From positions 1-10,780 of the forward strand of contig JBDGTS010000056.1 of NCBI GenBank assembly GCA_042216675.1: DNA of 10,780 nt, given 5' to 3'. Shown one piece after another: positions 1-6,786 of the stretch; position 1 is the first letter of the stretch; each line of letters starts with the position of its first letter. This DNA comes from Halobacteriaceae archaeon. Its GTDB lineage: Archaea; Halobacteriota; Halobacteria; Halobacteriales; Halobacteriaceae. The position numbers and the translations under genes were made by a program. The notes beneath the pieces were generated by a model, which saw only the letters and a list, made by a program, of their open reading frames with translations, ran no database searches and had not been told where the DNA came from.

Positions 1-2
1 CT

Positions 3-28
3 CGCGCCGCTCACGTCCGAGCGGCGCG
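3..28. repeat. Perfect 10-bp inverted repeat (hairpin)
   Basis: CGCGCCGCTC (3-12) and GAGCGGCGCG (19-28) are exact reverse complements, with a 6-nt loop. Confidence 0.7.
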
Positions 29-48
29 TGTCGTCGATGTGAGGGCTG

Positions 49-108
49 TTTGAACGAGAGAACGCGACCGGAGGGAGCGTTCGCGTAGTTCAAATCCGCC
101 CGAACCCA
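49..108 (+). repeat. Palindromic element ending in a tRNA 3'-end fragment (T-loop, 3' T-stem and acceptor strand; tRNA-Val-like); not a complete tRNA
   Basis: GTTCAAATCCGCCCGAACCCA (88-108) reads as T-loop TTCAAAT, stem CCGCC, acceptor strand CGAACCC and discriminator A. The matching 5' tRNA half is absent. Instead TTTGAAC (49-55) pairs with GTTCAAA (88-94) and GAACGC (60-65) pairs with GCGTTC (77-82). A pyrimidine tract CTCTTCTTCC follows. Confidence 0.6.
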
Positions 109-280
109 CTCTTCTTCCGTCGATGCGTTGCATCCGGTCCCTGATGCGGTCCGTCCGATAACTATCTTCAGTACCCGACAATAGCGCGGGGTGATGCGCG
201 TCCCGGCCCGAAAATCGGGCGTCGTGGAGGCGCGGACGCCGTCCAGAAGGACTTTTGCACGTCAGGAAATTGAAAGAACA

Positions 281-1067
281 ATGAGCGACCGCACGGGCCC
301 GCGAGCGGAGGCCGTCGGTGGGGGGCTGGTCCTCGCGGGGGCAGCGCTCGTGGCCGCCGTCTCGCCGCTGAATCTGGTCCGTGACACGAACCTCTGGGAC
401 GTGGCCGAACCGGCGCCGTCGTGGGTGCTGGTGGGCGTCGCCGTGGCAGTCGCCGTGCAGTGGGTCCGCGGCGGGTCCGGGGTGCGGCGAGGGGTGACCG
501 TTCTCGCACTCGTCGGCAGCCTCGGGGGCTGGTTCGTCGCGGAACTCCTCTCGTCGGATCCCGGTTTGTACCCGCGGCTCTCGGTCGGGTGGGCCATCGC
601 GTTCGCCGTCGCCGCCCTGTTTCTCGGCGTCGGCCTCGTCGGTATCCGCTCGTCGGCAGACCGGCGGGATGCGGCCAGCCACCGCGTCGCGACGGGGCTG
701 GTGGTCGTCGGCGCACTCCTCGTCGTGGGTCTCTCGATGGACCGCATCTACGTCGGCCCGCCCGACTGGGTGCAGTTCCGATACACGGACCCGACCGGAC
801 TCGTGTTCGGGACCGTGGCCGTCGGCGTCGCGGCGGAGTGGCTGCTCGCGCCCCGGGGGTTGGTCCCGAGCGACCAGCGCCGCCGTCGCCGGCGCCGCTC
901 TGACGGCGTACTTCGTTACAGTCGTGGTGCAGACGCCGGCGGGGAGTGTGACGACGGCGGCGGGATGGGCCGGTACCATCGGGAGCGTCGCTGTTCTGTT
1001 GGGCGGGATTCTCACGGCGCTGTTGCAGTCGCCCGTCGGGGCGCCCGTTGGGCGACAGGGCGCTTGA
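281..1067 (+). pseudogene. Multi-pass membrane protein gene with an apparent 1-nt frameshift near 851-860 (pseudogene or sequencing error); about 261 aa if corrected
   Basis: From ATG 281 (MSDRTGPRAEAVGGGLVLAGAALV...) the frame is a series of hydrophobic helices up to ...EWLLAPRG, then turns Arg-rich and implausible. The hydrophobic pattern continues in the next frame (WSRATSAAVAGAALTAYFVTVVVQ...GSVAVLLGGILTALLQ) to TGA 1065-1067. The switch falls at CCCCGGGGG (851-859). Confidence 0.7.
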
Positions 1068-1073
1068 ACACCC

Positions 1074-1679
1074 TCACTGACGGTCGGCGATGAAAAACGG
1101 CTTCTCCGAATCCTCTGTGGTCGGGTCCGGCACGTCCCACCGGCCGCGGACGTCGAAGCCACACGCCAGCAGGTCCTCGCGCGTCGCGTCGGGACCGGCC
1201 ATCGACCAGTGCATCTCGGTGCCGCTGTCGAGCCAATCCGGGTTCGACCCGGACCACTCCATCCCGCCTTCGGACACCAACAGCGTGCCGCCCGGGTGGA
1301 GGACGCGCGCGAACTCCGCGACGACGGCGCGGTGGTCGTCGAGAGGCACGTGAATCAGCGAGTAGAGCGCGGCGACGGCGTCGAAGGAGTCATCGGCGAA
1401 GGGGAGCGCCGTCATGTCGCCTTGCACGAGTCGCGCCGATACGGTTTCGCGCGCCGCGTCCAGTTGCTCGCGGGAGAAGTCGAGGCCCACGCCCCTCTCG
1501 CCGGCGACGTCGAGTGGCGCGTCGCCCCCGCCACATCCCGCGGAGAGGAGGTCGTCGTCGGGGTCGAGGTCCGCACAGAAGCGTTCGACCGGTTCCGGCA
1601 TCGACCCGATGGCTTCGCCGTCGTTGAACTCGGCGGCCATCTCGTCGTAGGCCCCCTGTATCGCGCGCCGCCTGTCCAT
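1074..1679 (-). CDS. Class I SAM-dependent methyltransferase (Methyltransf_11/25-like), about 201 aa
   Basis: Motif I variant LLSAGCGGG, then GLDFSREQL, QGDMTALPFADDSFDAV, YSLIH and ARVLHPGG. Acidic composition. Start placed at ATG 1679 (MDRRRAIQGAYD) rather than the upstream ORF limit at 1745. Confidence 0.9.
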   Translation of the reverse strand: MDRRRAIQGAYDEMAAEFNDGEAIGSMPEPVERFCADLDPDDDLLSAGCGGGDAPLDVAGERGVGLDFSREQLDAARETVSARLVQGDMTALPFADDSFDAVAALYSLIHVPLDDHRAVVAEFARVLHPGGTLLVSEGGMEWSGSNPDWLDSGTEMHWSMAGPDATREDLLACGFDVRGRWDVPDPTTEDSEKPFFIADRQ

Positions 1680-1788
1680 ACTGTCGTGTGTGACCGTGGA
1701 CACTTCAGCGTTCGCCGATTCACGTGTCGCGCCGGACCAGCGCATCTCCGACGGGGCGGGCGGTGTCTGAACCGTGTTCGTCTCGAAA

Positions 1789-2052
1789 CTACTCGCGCAG
1801 GGCTTCCGCGATGGCTGTCAGTTCGGCCTTCCGGAACGGGCGGTCCGCGCTCTCGGCGTCGGCGCCGACCCGTTCGAGAATCGCCGCGCGCATCTCCGCC
1901 TTCGGCGGGAGACTGCCCGACGGCACGTCGTGGCCCACCGCCTCGCAGATGGCGGCGAGTGCCTCCTTCGTGAACGCCGTCGACGCCTCCCGCTCGTATC
2001 GGCCGACTGCCACCCGAATCTCGTTTCTGAGTGCCGCGACGGTTTCGGTCAT
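1789..2052 (-). CDS. Small hypothetical alpha-helical protein (87 aa)
   Basis: MTETVAALRNEIRVAVGRYE...FRKAELTAIAEALRE has protein-like composition and fills the gap between neighbouring genes. A TATA-like GTATA lies about 27-31 nt upstream of ATG 2052 on the minus strand. Confidence 0.75.
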   Translation of the reverse strand: MTETVAALRNEIRVAVGRYEREASTAFTKEALAAICEAVGHDVPSGSLPPKAEMRAAILERVGADAESADRPFRKAELTAIAEALRE

Positions 2053-2127
2053 GGTCTCACGGAGGGACCCCACCACCCTATACGAACCGGTTGGGTCGCC
2101 GACGCGTTGCTCCCTGAGACGCGCACG

Positions 2128-2134
2128 TTAAGTA
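2128..2134 (+). promoter_or_regulatory. Probable TATA box of the leaderless thiBPQ operon
   Basis: TTAAGTA at -30 to -24 relative to ATG 2158, the usual spacing for haloarchaeal leaderless mRNAs. Confidence 0.6.
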
Positions 2135-2157
2135 CAACTGGGTAGCACCATGCTGTA

Positions 2158-3210
2158 ATGGATAGACGGAAGTTCCTCGCGACGGCCGGTGCGGCGGCGT
2201 CCACGGCCATCGCTGGCTGTTCGGGTTCGGGCGGAGACAGCGGCGAGGACACCCTCGTCGTCGCCACGTACGGGTCGTTCATCGACTCACCCTCGTCGAG
2301 TCCCGGCGCGTGGCTGAAGCAGCGCTTCGAGGAGGAACACGACGCCCGCCTCGTGTACCAGACGCCCTCGAACGAACTCAACCACTACGTCGAGCGACGG
2401 AAAGCCGGCGTCAGCATCGACGCCGACGTGTATCTGGGTCTCAACACCGAGGACCTCGTGCGCGTCGACCAGAACCTCGACAGCGCCCTGTTCACAGAGG
2501 CCGGCGATGTCGAGGGCCTGAACAAGGTCAAAGACGGCCTCGAAATCGACCCGAAGGGCCGCGCTGTTCCCTACGACACGGGCTACGTCAGCCTCGTCTA
2601 CGACGGCACCAAGATGACGGCGCCCGAGACGTTCGATGGCCTCCTCGCCGAGGAGTATCAGGGCGACCTCATCGCACAGAACCCCTCCTCGTCCTCGACG
2701 GGTCGGGCCTTCCTCCTGCACACCATCCACCAGTACGGCGCGGACGGCTACCTCGACTACTGGGCGGACCTGCAGGACAACGGCGTGAAAGTGCTCGGGG
2801 AGTGGGGCGACGCCTACGGCGCGTGGCAGGGAGGCGAGGCGCCGATGGTCGTCTCCTACTCCACGGACCGCGTGTTCGCCGACCAGAGCGACGCGAACAT
2901 GGCGAAGCACAAGATTCGCTTCCTGAACGACGAGGCGTACGCCAACCCCGAGGGGATGGCTATCTTCGAGGACGCGGCCCGCCCGGACCTCGCGCGGGAC
3001 TTCATGGAGTTCGTCCTCCAGCCGGAGATTCAGGGCCAACTCGCCGTGCAGAACGTCCAGTTCCCGGCGACGACGAACGCGAACGTGCCCGCGGACTACG
3101 CGGATCTCGCGAAATCGCCGCCGAAACCGGTCACTTTCACGTACGACGAACTGCAGGGTAACGTCAGTGGCTGGATCGAAGCCTGGACCCAGCAGTTTGC
3201 GAGCAACTGA
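2158..3210 (+). CDS. thiB: Thiamine ABC transporter substrate-binding lipoprotein (TbpA/ThiB family), Tat-exported
   Basis: Twin-arginine signal MDRRKFL and lipobox IAGC. TbpA-like segments LVVATYGSF, ADVYLGL, VPYDTGYVSLVYD, QNPSSSSTGRAFL and WGDAYG...GEAPMVVSYST. Followed by permease and ATPase genes. Confidence 0.9.
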   Translation: MDRRKFLATAGAAASTAIAGCSGSGGDSGEDTLVVATYGSFIDSPSSSPGAWLKQRFEEEHDARLVYQTPSNELNHYVERRKAGVSIDADVYLGLNTEDLVRVDQNLDSALFTEAGDVEGLNKVKDGLEIDPKGRAVPYDTGYVSLVYDGTKMTAPETFDGLLAEEYQGDLIAQNPSSSSTGRAFLLHTIHQYGADGYLDYWADLQDNGVKVLGEWGDAYGAWQGGEAPMVVSYSTDRVFADQSDANMAKHKIRFLNDEAYANPEGMAIFEDAARPDLARDFMEFVLQPEIQGQLAVQNVQFPATTNANVPADYADLAKSPPKPVTFTYDELQGNVSGWIEAWTQQFASN

Positions 3211-4981
3211 GGACCGTCTCCACGCGACTGCGGAGCGCTGGGCGCTCGCCGGCACGGCGCTTCTCACCGCCGTGATTCTGCTCGTCGTCTTCTACTACCC
3301 GGTCAGCCGCGTCTTCGTCGACGCCGTCGTCGTGGATGGGCGCGTCACCCTGCGCGTCGTCTGGCGGGTCCTTCGGGACCCCTTCTACTTCGGGGAGTTC
3401 GCGCGCCTGCTCCGGGGCGCGTCGCCGGGCGGCGTCGCGCACCGAGTGCTGACGGGCCGGGCACGTCTGGGCATCGTCGGCTTCACCGCGTATCAGGCCG
3501 CGCTCTCGACGGTGGCGAGCGTCGCACTCGGACTGCCGGGCGCGTATCTGCTCGCCCGCTACGAGTTCCCGGGGCGGGGCGTCGTCCGTTCCCTGACGAT
3601 GCTCCCCTTCGTCCTCCCGTCGATGATGGTGGCCGTCGGCTTCGTCGCCACCTTCGGCCGGACGGGGACGCTCAACGCAGTCCTCCGGACGCTCGGCCTC
3701 GGACGGGTCAACCTCCTCTACACGCTCGAAGCGATCGTCGTCGCTCACGCGTTTTACAACGCGCCGCTGGTGACGCGCATGACGACGGCGGCGTGGGAGT
3801 CCGTGGACGCGAGCGCCGTCGAGACGGCCCGGAGCCTCGGCGCGAGTCCGCTCCACGCGTTTCGAACCGTCGTCGTTCCCCAACTCGTCCCCGCGGTGCT
3901 GATGAGCGCCGCGCTCACGTTCGTGTTCACGTTCGGGTCGTTCCCCATCGTCCTCTCTCTCGGCGGCCTCCAGTTCGCGACGGTGGAGGTGTTCGTGTTC
4001 CAGTTGATTCGGGACTTCAGTTACGCCGAGGCGGCGACGCTCGCGCTGATCGAACTGGCCGTCTCGCTCACGCTGATGTACGGGTACCTCCGCTACGAGG
4101 CGGCCCACTCTGCCCGCTCGCGGGGCGTGCGTCGTCTTCCCCGCCGGTCGCTCCGGCCGCCGCGGCTCTCGGCTCGCGAACTGCTCCCGCGCCTCGGACT
4201 GGCGCTGTACGGTGTCGTCGCAGTCGTCGTCTTCGTCGTCCCGATCGCGTCGATGGTCCACGCCAGCGTGACGGGGCCGACGGGAATCACCCTTGACCAC
4301 TACCAGTTCCTCGTGGAGCGACAGACGACTGGGGCGGCGTTCGAGGTGCGCCCGTGGCCCGCGGTCAGGAACTCGCTCCTGTTCGGCGTCGGGTCGCTCC
4401 TGCTCGCCCTGCCGATGGGCGTCGTCGTCGCGGTGCTGACGACGCGGGAGTTCGTCGGCCGGAAAGTCGTGGACGCCATCGCGATGGCCCCGCTTGCCGT
4501 CTCGGGCATCGTCGTCGGCCTCGGACTGCTTCGGGGCCTCGTCTTCGGCGTCGAAATCGCCGGGACGCGCTACGCCGTGACGGGCGCGTTCGCCATCGTC
4601 GCCGCGCACGCCGTCGCCGGCTATCCGTTCGTCGTGCGCGTCGTCGCGCCCGGCTTGGAGCGGTTGGACCCGGCGCTCGTCGAGTCGGCACGGGCACTCG
4701 GGGCGCCCCGCGTCCGTGCGCTCCTCGACGTGGAGTTACCGCTCGTCTGGCCCGCCGTCGTCGCGGGCGCGGCGTTCGCCTTTGCCATCTCCATCGGAGA
4801 GTTCACGTCCACCGCCGTCCTCGCGTCGGGCACGGGACAGTACACGATGCCGGTCGCAATCGAGCGCTTCATCGGCCGCCGCCTCGGCCCGGCGACGGCG
4901 ATGGGCGTGGTGTTGCTCGTCGTGACGGCCACGAGCTTCGTCGCCATCGAACGGCTCGGGGGTGAGCGCGATGGCCTCTGA
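3197..4981 (+). CDS. thiP: ABC transporter permease with two fused BPD_transp_1 halves (ThiP family); start codon uncertain
   Basis: Two EAA-loop motifs (VETARSLGAS, VESARALGAP), AHAFYNAPLV and many TM helices. It lies between the binding protein and the ATPase. There is no N-terminal ATG; TTG 3197, overlapping the thiB stop, was chosen (GTG 3167 and GTG 3272 are alternatives). Confidence 0.88.
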   Translation: MRATEDRLHATAERWALAGTALLTAVILLVVFYYPVSRVFVDAVVVDGRVTLRVVWRVLRDPFYFGEFARLLRGASPGGVAHRVLTGRARLGIVGFTAYQAALSTVASVALGLPGAYLLARYEFPGRGVVRSLTMLPFVLPSMMVAVGFVATFGRTGTLNAVLRTLGLGRVNLLYTLEAIVVAHAFYNAPLVTRMTTAAWESVDASAVETARSLGASPLHAFRTVVVPQLVPAVLMSAALTFVFTFGSFPIVLSLGGLQFATVEVFVFQLIRDFSYAEAATLALIELAVSLTLMYGYLRYEAAHSARSRGVRRLPRRSLRPPRLSARELLPRLGLALYGVVAVVVFVVPIASMVHASVTGPTGITLDHYQFLVERQTTGAAFEVRPWPAVRNSLLFGVGSLLLALPMGVVVAVLTTREFVGRKVVDAIAMAPLAVSGIVVGLGLLRGLVFGVEIAGTRYAVTGAFAIVAAHAVAGYPFVVRVVAPGLERLDPALVESARALGAPRVRALLDVELPLVWPAVVAGAAFAFAISIGEFTSTAVLASGTGQYTMPVAIERFIGRRLGPATAMGVVLLVVTATSFVAIERLGGERDGL

Positions 4982-6023
4982 GTCGGCCCTCGAACTCCGG
5001 GCCGTGACGAAGCGATACGGCGAGGCGACGGCCGTCTCGGACCTCTCGCTCTCGGTTCGGGAGGGCGAGTTCTTCACGCTCGTCGGTCCCTCCGGATGTG
5101 GCAAGACGACGACGCTCCGTCTCGTCGCCGGATTCGAGGCCCCCACGGCGGGCGAAATCCGCTTCGGCGGCGAGAGCGTCGCTGGCGTCCCCCCCGAGGA
5201 CCGCGACGTCGGCGTCGTCTTCCAGAACTACGCGCTGTTCCCGCACATGACCGTGGGCGAGAACGTCGCCTACGGCCTGCGGTTCGCCGACCCGCCCGCG
5301 GGCCGCACGCGAGCGGAGCGGGTCACCGAACTGCTCGAACTCGTCGACTTGCCCGGAATGGCCGAGCGCGACCCGGAGACGCTCTCGGGCGGCCAACGAC
5401 AGCGGGTGGCGATGGCGCGCGCCCTCGCGCCCCAACCGGACGTGCTGCTCTTGGACGAGCCGATGAGTGCCCTCGACGCCCAGTTGCGAGAGCGTCTGCG
5501 CGTGCAGGTCCGGGCGATACAGCAGGAACTGGGCATCACGACGCTGTACGTCACACACGACCAAGAGGAGGCGCTGGCCATCTCCGACCGGGTGGCCGTC
5601 ATGCAGGGCGGCACGCCCGAACAGGTGGGGACACCGCGGGACATCTACCGACGGCCCGAGACGGAGTTCGTCGCGGAATTCGTCGGCGACAACAACGTCC
5701 TCACCGGCGAGGTGACGGCGGTTGCGGCGGCCGAGGCGTCCGTCCGCGTCGACGGGACGACGTTCACCGTGGCCCGGCCCGACGAGTCGGTGACTGTCGG
5801 GGATCCACTCACGTTCTGCGTGCGGCCCGAACGGCTGACCGTCGGTGCGGAGGCGAACGCCGTCGAGACGACCGTCGAGAGCGCGGAGTTCCTCGGCGAG
5901 GCGACGCGTCTCCACCTCGACTGGCAGGGGCGGGAACTCCTCGTGCGCGCCGCCGACCCGGTGACGGGTGCTGTGACCGTCGGCTTCGACCCGAGCGACG
6001 CGCACGTCGTCGGCTCACTCTAG
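4971..6023 (+). CDS. thiQ: ABC transporter ATP-binding subunit (ThiQ/PotA-like, with C-terminal TOBE-like domain)
   Basis: Walker A GPSGCGKT, Q-loop VFQNYALFPH, signature LSGGQ, Walker B LLLDEP and H-loop VTHDQEEA. An SD-like GGGGTGA precedes ATG 4971, which overlaps the thiP stop. Confidence 0.9.
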   Translation: MASESALELRAVTKRYGEATAVSDLSLSVREGEFFTLVGPSGCGKTTTLRLVAGFEAPTAGEIRFGGESVAGVPPEDRDVGVVFQNYALFPHMTVGENVAYGLRFADPPAGRTRAERVTELLELVDLPGMAERDPETLSGGQRQRVAMARALAPQPDVLLLDEPMSALDAQLRERLRVQVRAIQQELGITTLYVTHDQEEALAISDRVAVMQGGTPEQVGTPRDIYRRPETEFVAEFVGDNNVLTGEVTAVAAAEASVRVDGTTFTVARPDESVTVGDPLTFCVRPERLTVGAEANAVETTVESAEFLGEATRLHLDWQGRELLVRAADPVTGAVTVGFDPSDAHVVGSL

Positions 6024-6521
6024 GTACGGCCGCAGCACCGCGCCGAACCCGGCGGCGCCGACGCAGATGGCGACGAGCGTTCCGATGCCCGTCAGCGTCA
6101 GCAGGCCGTTCATCCCCGCCGCGACGAGGAGCGGTTTGCCCCAGCCGTCCTCGTGGCCCACGAGGCGATCCGCGATGGCGAGAAACGCCACCGCAGAGCC
6201 GACGCCCCACGTGAGATAGGCGGCCACCACGAGCGGAATCGCGACGACGATGCCGACGATGCTGAACACGAGCGCCACCGTCAGCGAGACGAGTGCGAAC
6301 AGCGCGAAGACGCCGTAGGCGAGTGACTGGAACGGCTCACCGACGACGGCGGTCATCAGTCGCTCGGTGGCGTCGGGGAACAGCGCCACCAGCACCGCGC
6401 CGAGGAGGAGCGTCGTGAGGAACGCGCCGACGGCACCTCCAGCGAGGCCCTCGCCGAGCGTGACGGTCACGTCGACGCCCGGCGGCGTCTGCGCGAGGAC
6501 GGCTGTCCGTGGGAGGGGCAT
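6015..6521 (-). CDS. Membrane protein (168 aa, about 4-5 TM); resembles the C-terminal membrane domain of haloarchaeal bactofilin-like proteins
   Basis: Hydrophobic helices FLTTLLLGAVLVALFP, LAYGVFALFALVSLTVALVFSIVGIVVAIPL and others. ATG 6521 has TTTAT about 24-28 nt upstream on the minus strand. The extension to 6806 looks non-coding. The family resemblance is from memory. Confidence 0.8.
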   Translation of the reverse strand: MPLPRTAVLAQTPPGVDVTVTLGEGLAGGAVGAFLTTLLLGAVLVALFPDATERLMTAVVGEPFQSLAYGVFALFALVSLTVALVFSIVGIVVAIPLVVAAYLTWGVGSAVAFLAIADRLVGHEDGWGKPLLVAAGMNGLLTLTGIGTLVAICVGAAGFGAVLRPYLE

Positions 6522-6566
6522 GCCCGTCGTTCGTCGCTTCGATGCATAAAGCCCGCCGCGAGTCGG

Positions 6567-6581
6567 CGAAACAGTTAATAT
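6567..6581 (+). promoter_or_regulatory. BRE + TATA promoter (CGAAA-cag-TTAATA)
   Basis: Matches the haloarchaeal BRE/TATA arrangement. It lies 27-32 nt upstream of ATG 6607 (the uORF) and about 180-210 nt upstream of the methyltransferase start. Confidence 0.6.
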
Positions 6582-6606
6582 CTGGACCTGTCTTGTTCCG
6601 CCCACG

Positions 6607-6690
6607 ATGTCCGCTTCCGTCATCGGATGGCCGCCGACCCCGGAAGCGGACAGTCCCGTCGGCGCGGTCACCCGGGCCTCACTCGGCTGA
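6607..6690 (+). CDS. Putative leader peptide/uORF (27 aa, MSASVIGWPPTPEADSPVGAVTRASLG)
   Basis: Open frame from ATG 6607 to TGA 6688-6690, at leaderless spacing from the TATA box. It contains a 12-bp perfect stem. Too short for the ORF track. Confidence 0.45.
   Translation: MSASVIGWPPTPEADSPVGAVTRASLG
6608..6652 (+). promoter_or_regulatory. 12-bp perfect stem-loop in the leader of the methyltransferase gene
   Basis: TGTCCGCTTCCG (6608-6619) pairs with CGGAAGCGGACA (6641-6652). Additional TCGG/CCGA pairing is possible inside the loop. Confidence 0.6.
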
Positions 6691-6786
6691 CCCGTCGCGG
6701 ACGCTCCCTCCGTTTTCCGCTCGCATCGCGTTCGACCGACAGTCTCGACCACGACCATGACACGACAGCACCGACGGAACACAGAG

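Noticed and set aside
36-108. Possible complete tRNA gene
   Set aside because: There is no 5' acceptor strand (GGGTTCG), D-arm or anticodon arm, and the 5' T-stem strand (CGTAG) does not pair with CCGCC. Only the 3' fragment is present.
121-250. Short hairpins (GATGC/GCATC at 122-147; GCCCGA-AAA-TCGGGC at 206-220) as a possible ncRNA
   Set aside because: Stems of 5-6 bp arise by chance in GC-rich DNA, and no RNA family is recognisable.
11-1162. 383-aa minus-strand ORF and other overlapping ORFs over the first gene
   Set aside because: Shadow frames antisense to the membrane-protein gene, rich in Arg/Pro/His, with no recognisable motifs. This is expected at this GC content.
2053-2157. TPP riboswitch upstream of thiB
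   Set aside because: A CTGAGA occurs at 2114-2119, but the rest of the THI box (ACCTGAT...AATGC...GCGTAGGGA-type core) is missing and the site lies upstream of the probable TATA box.
2287-6214. Long alternative ORFs (2287-3267, 3164-4609, 4869-6005, 5096-6214)
   Set aside because: They overlap the well-supported ABC transporter genes and are codon-bias shadows without domain signatures.
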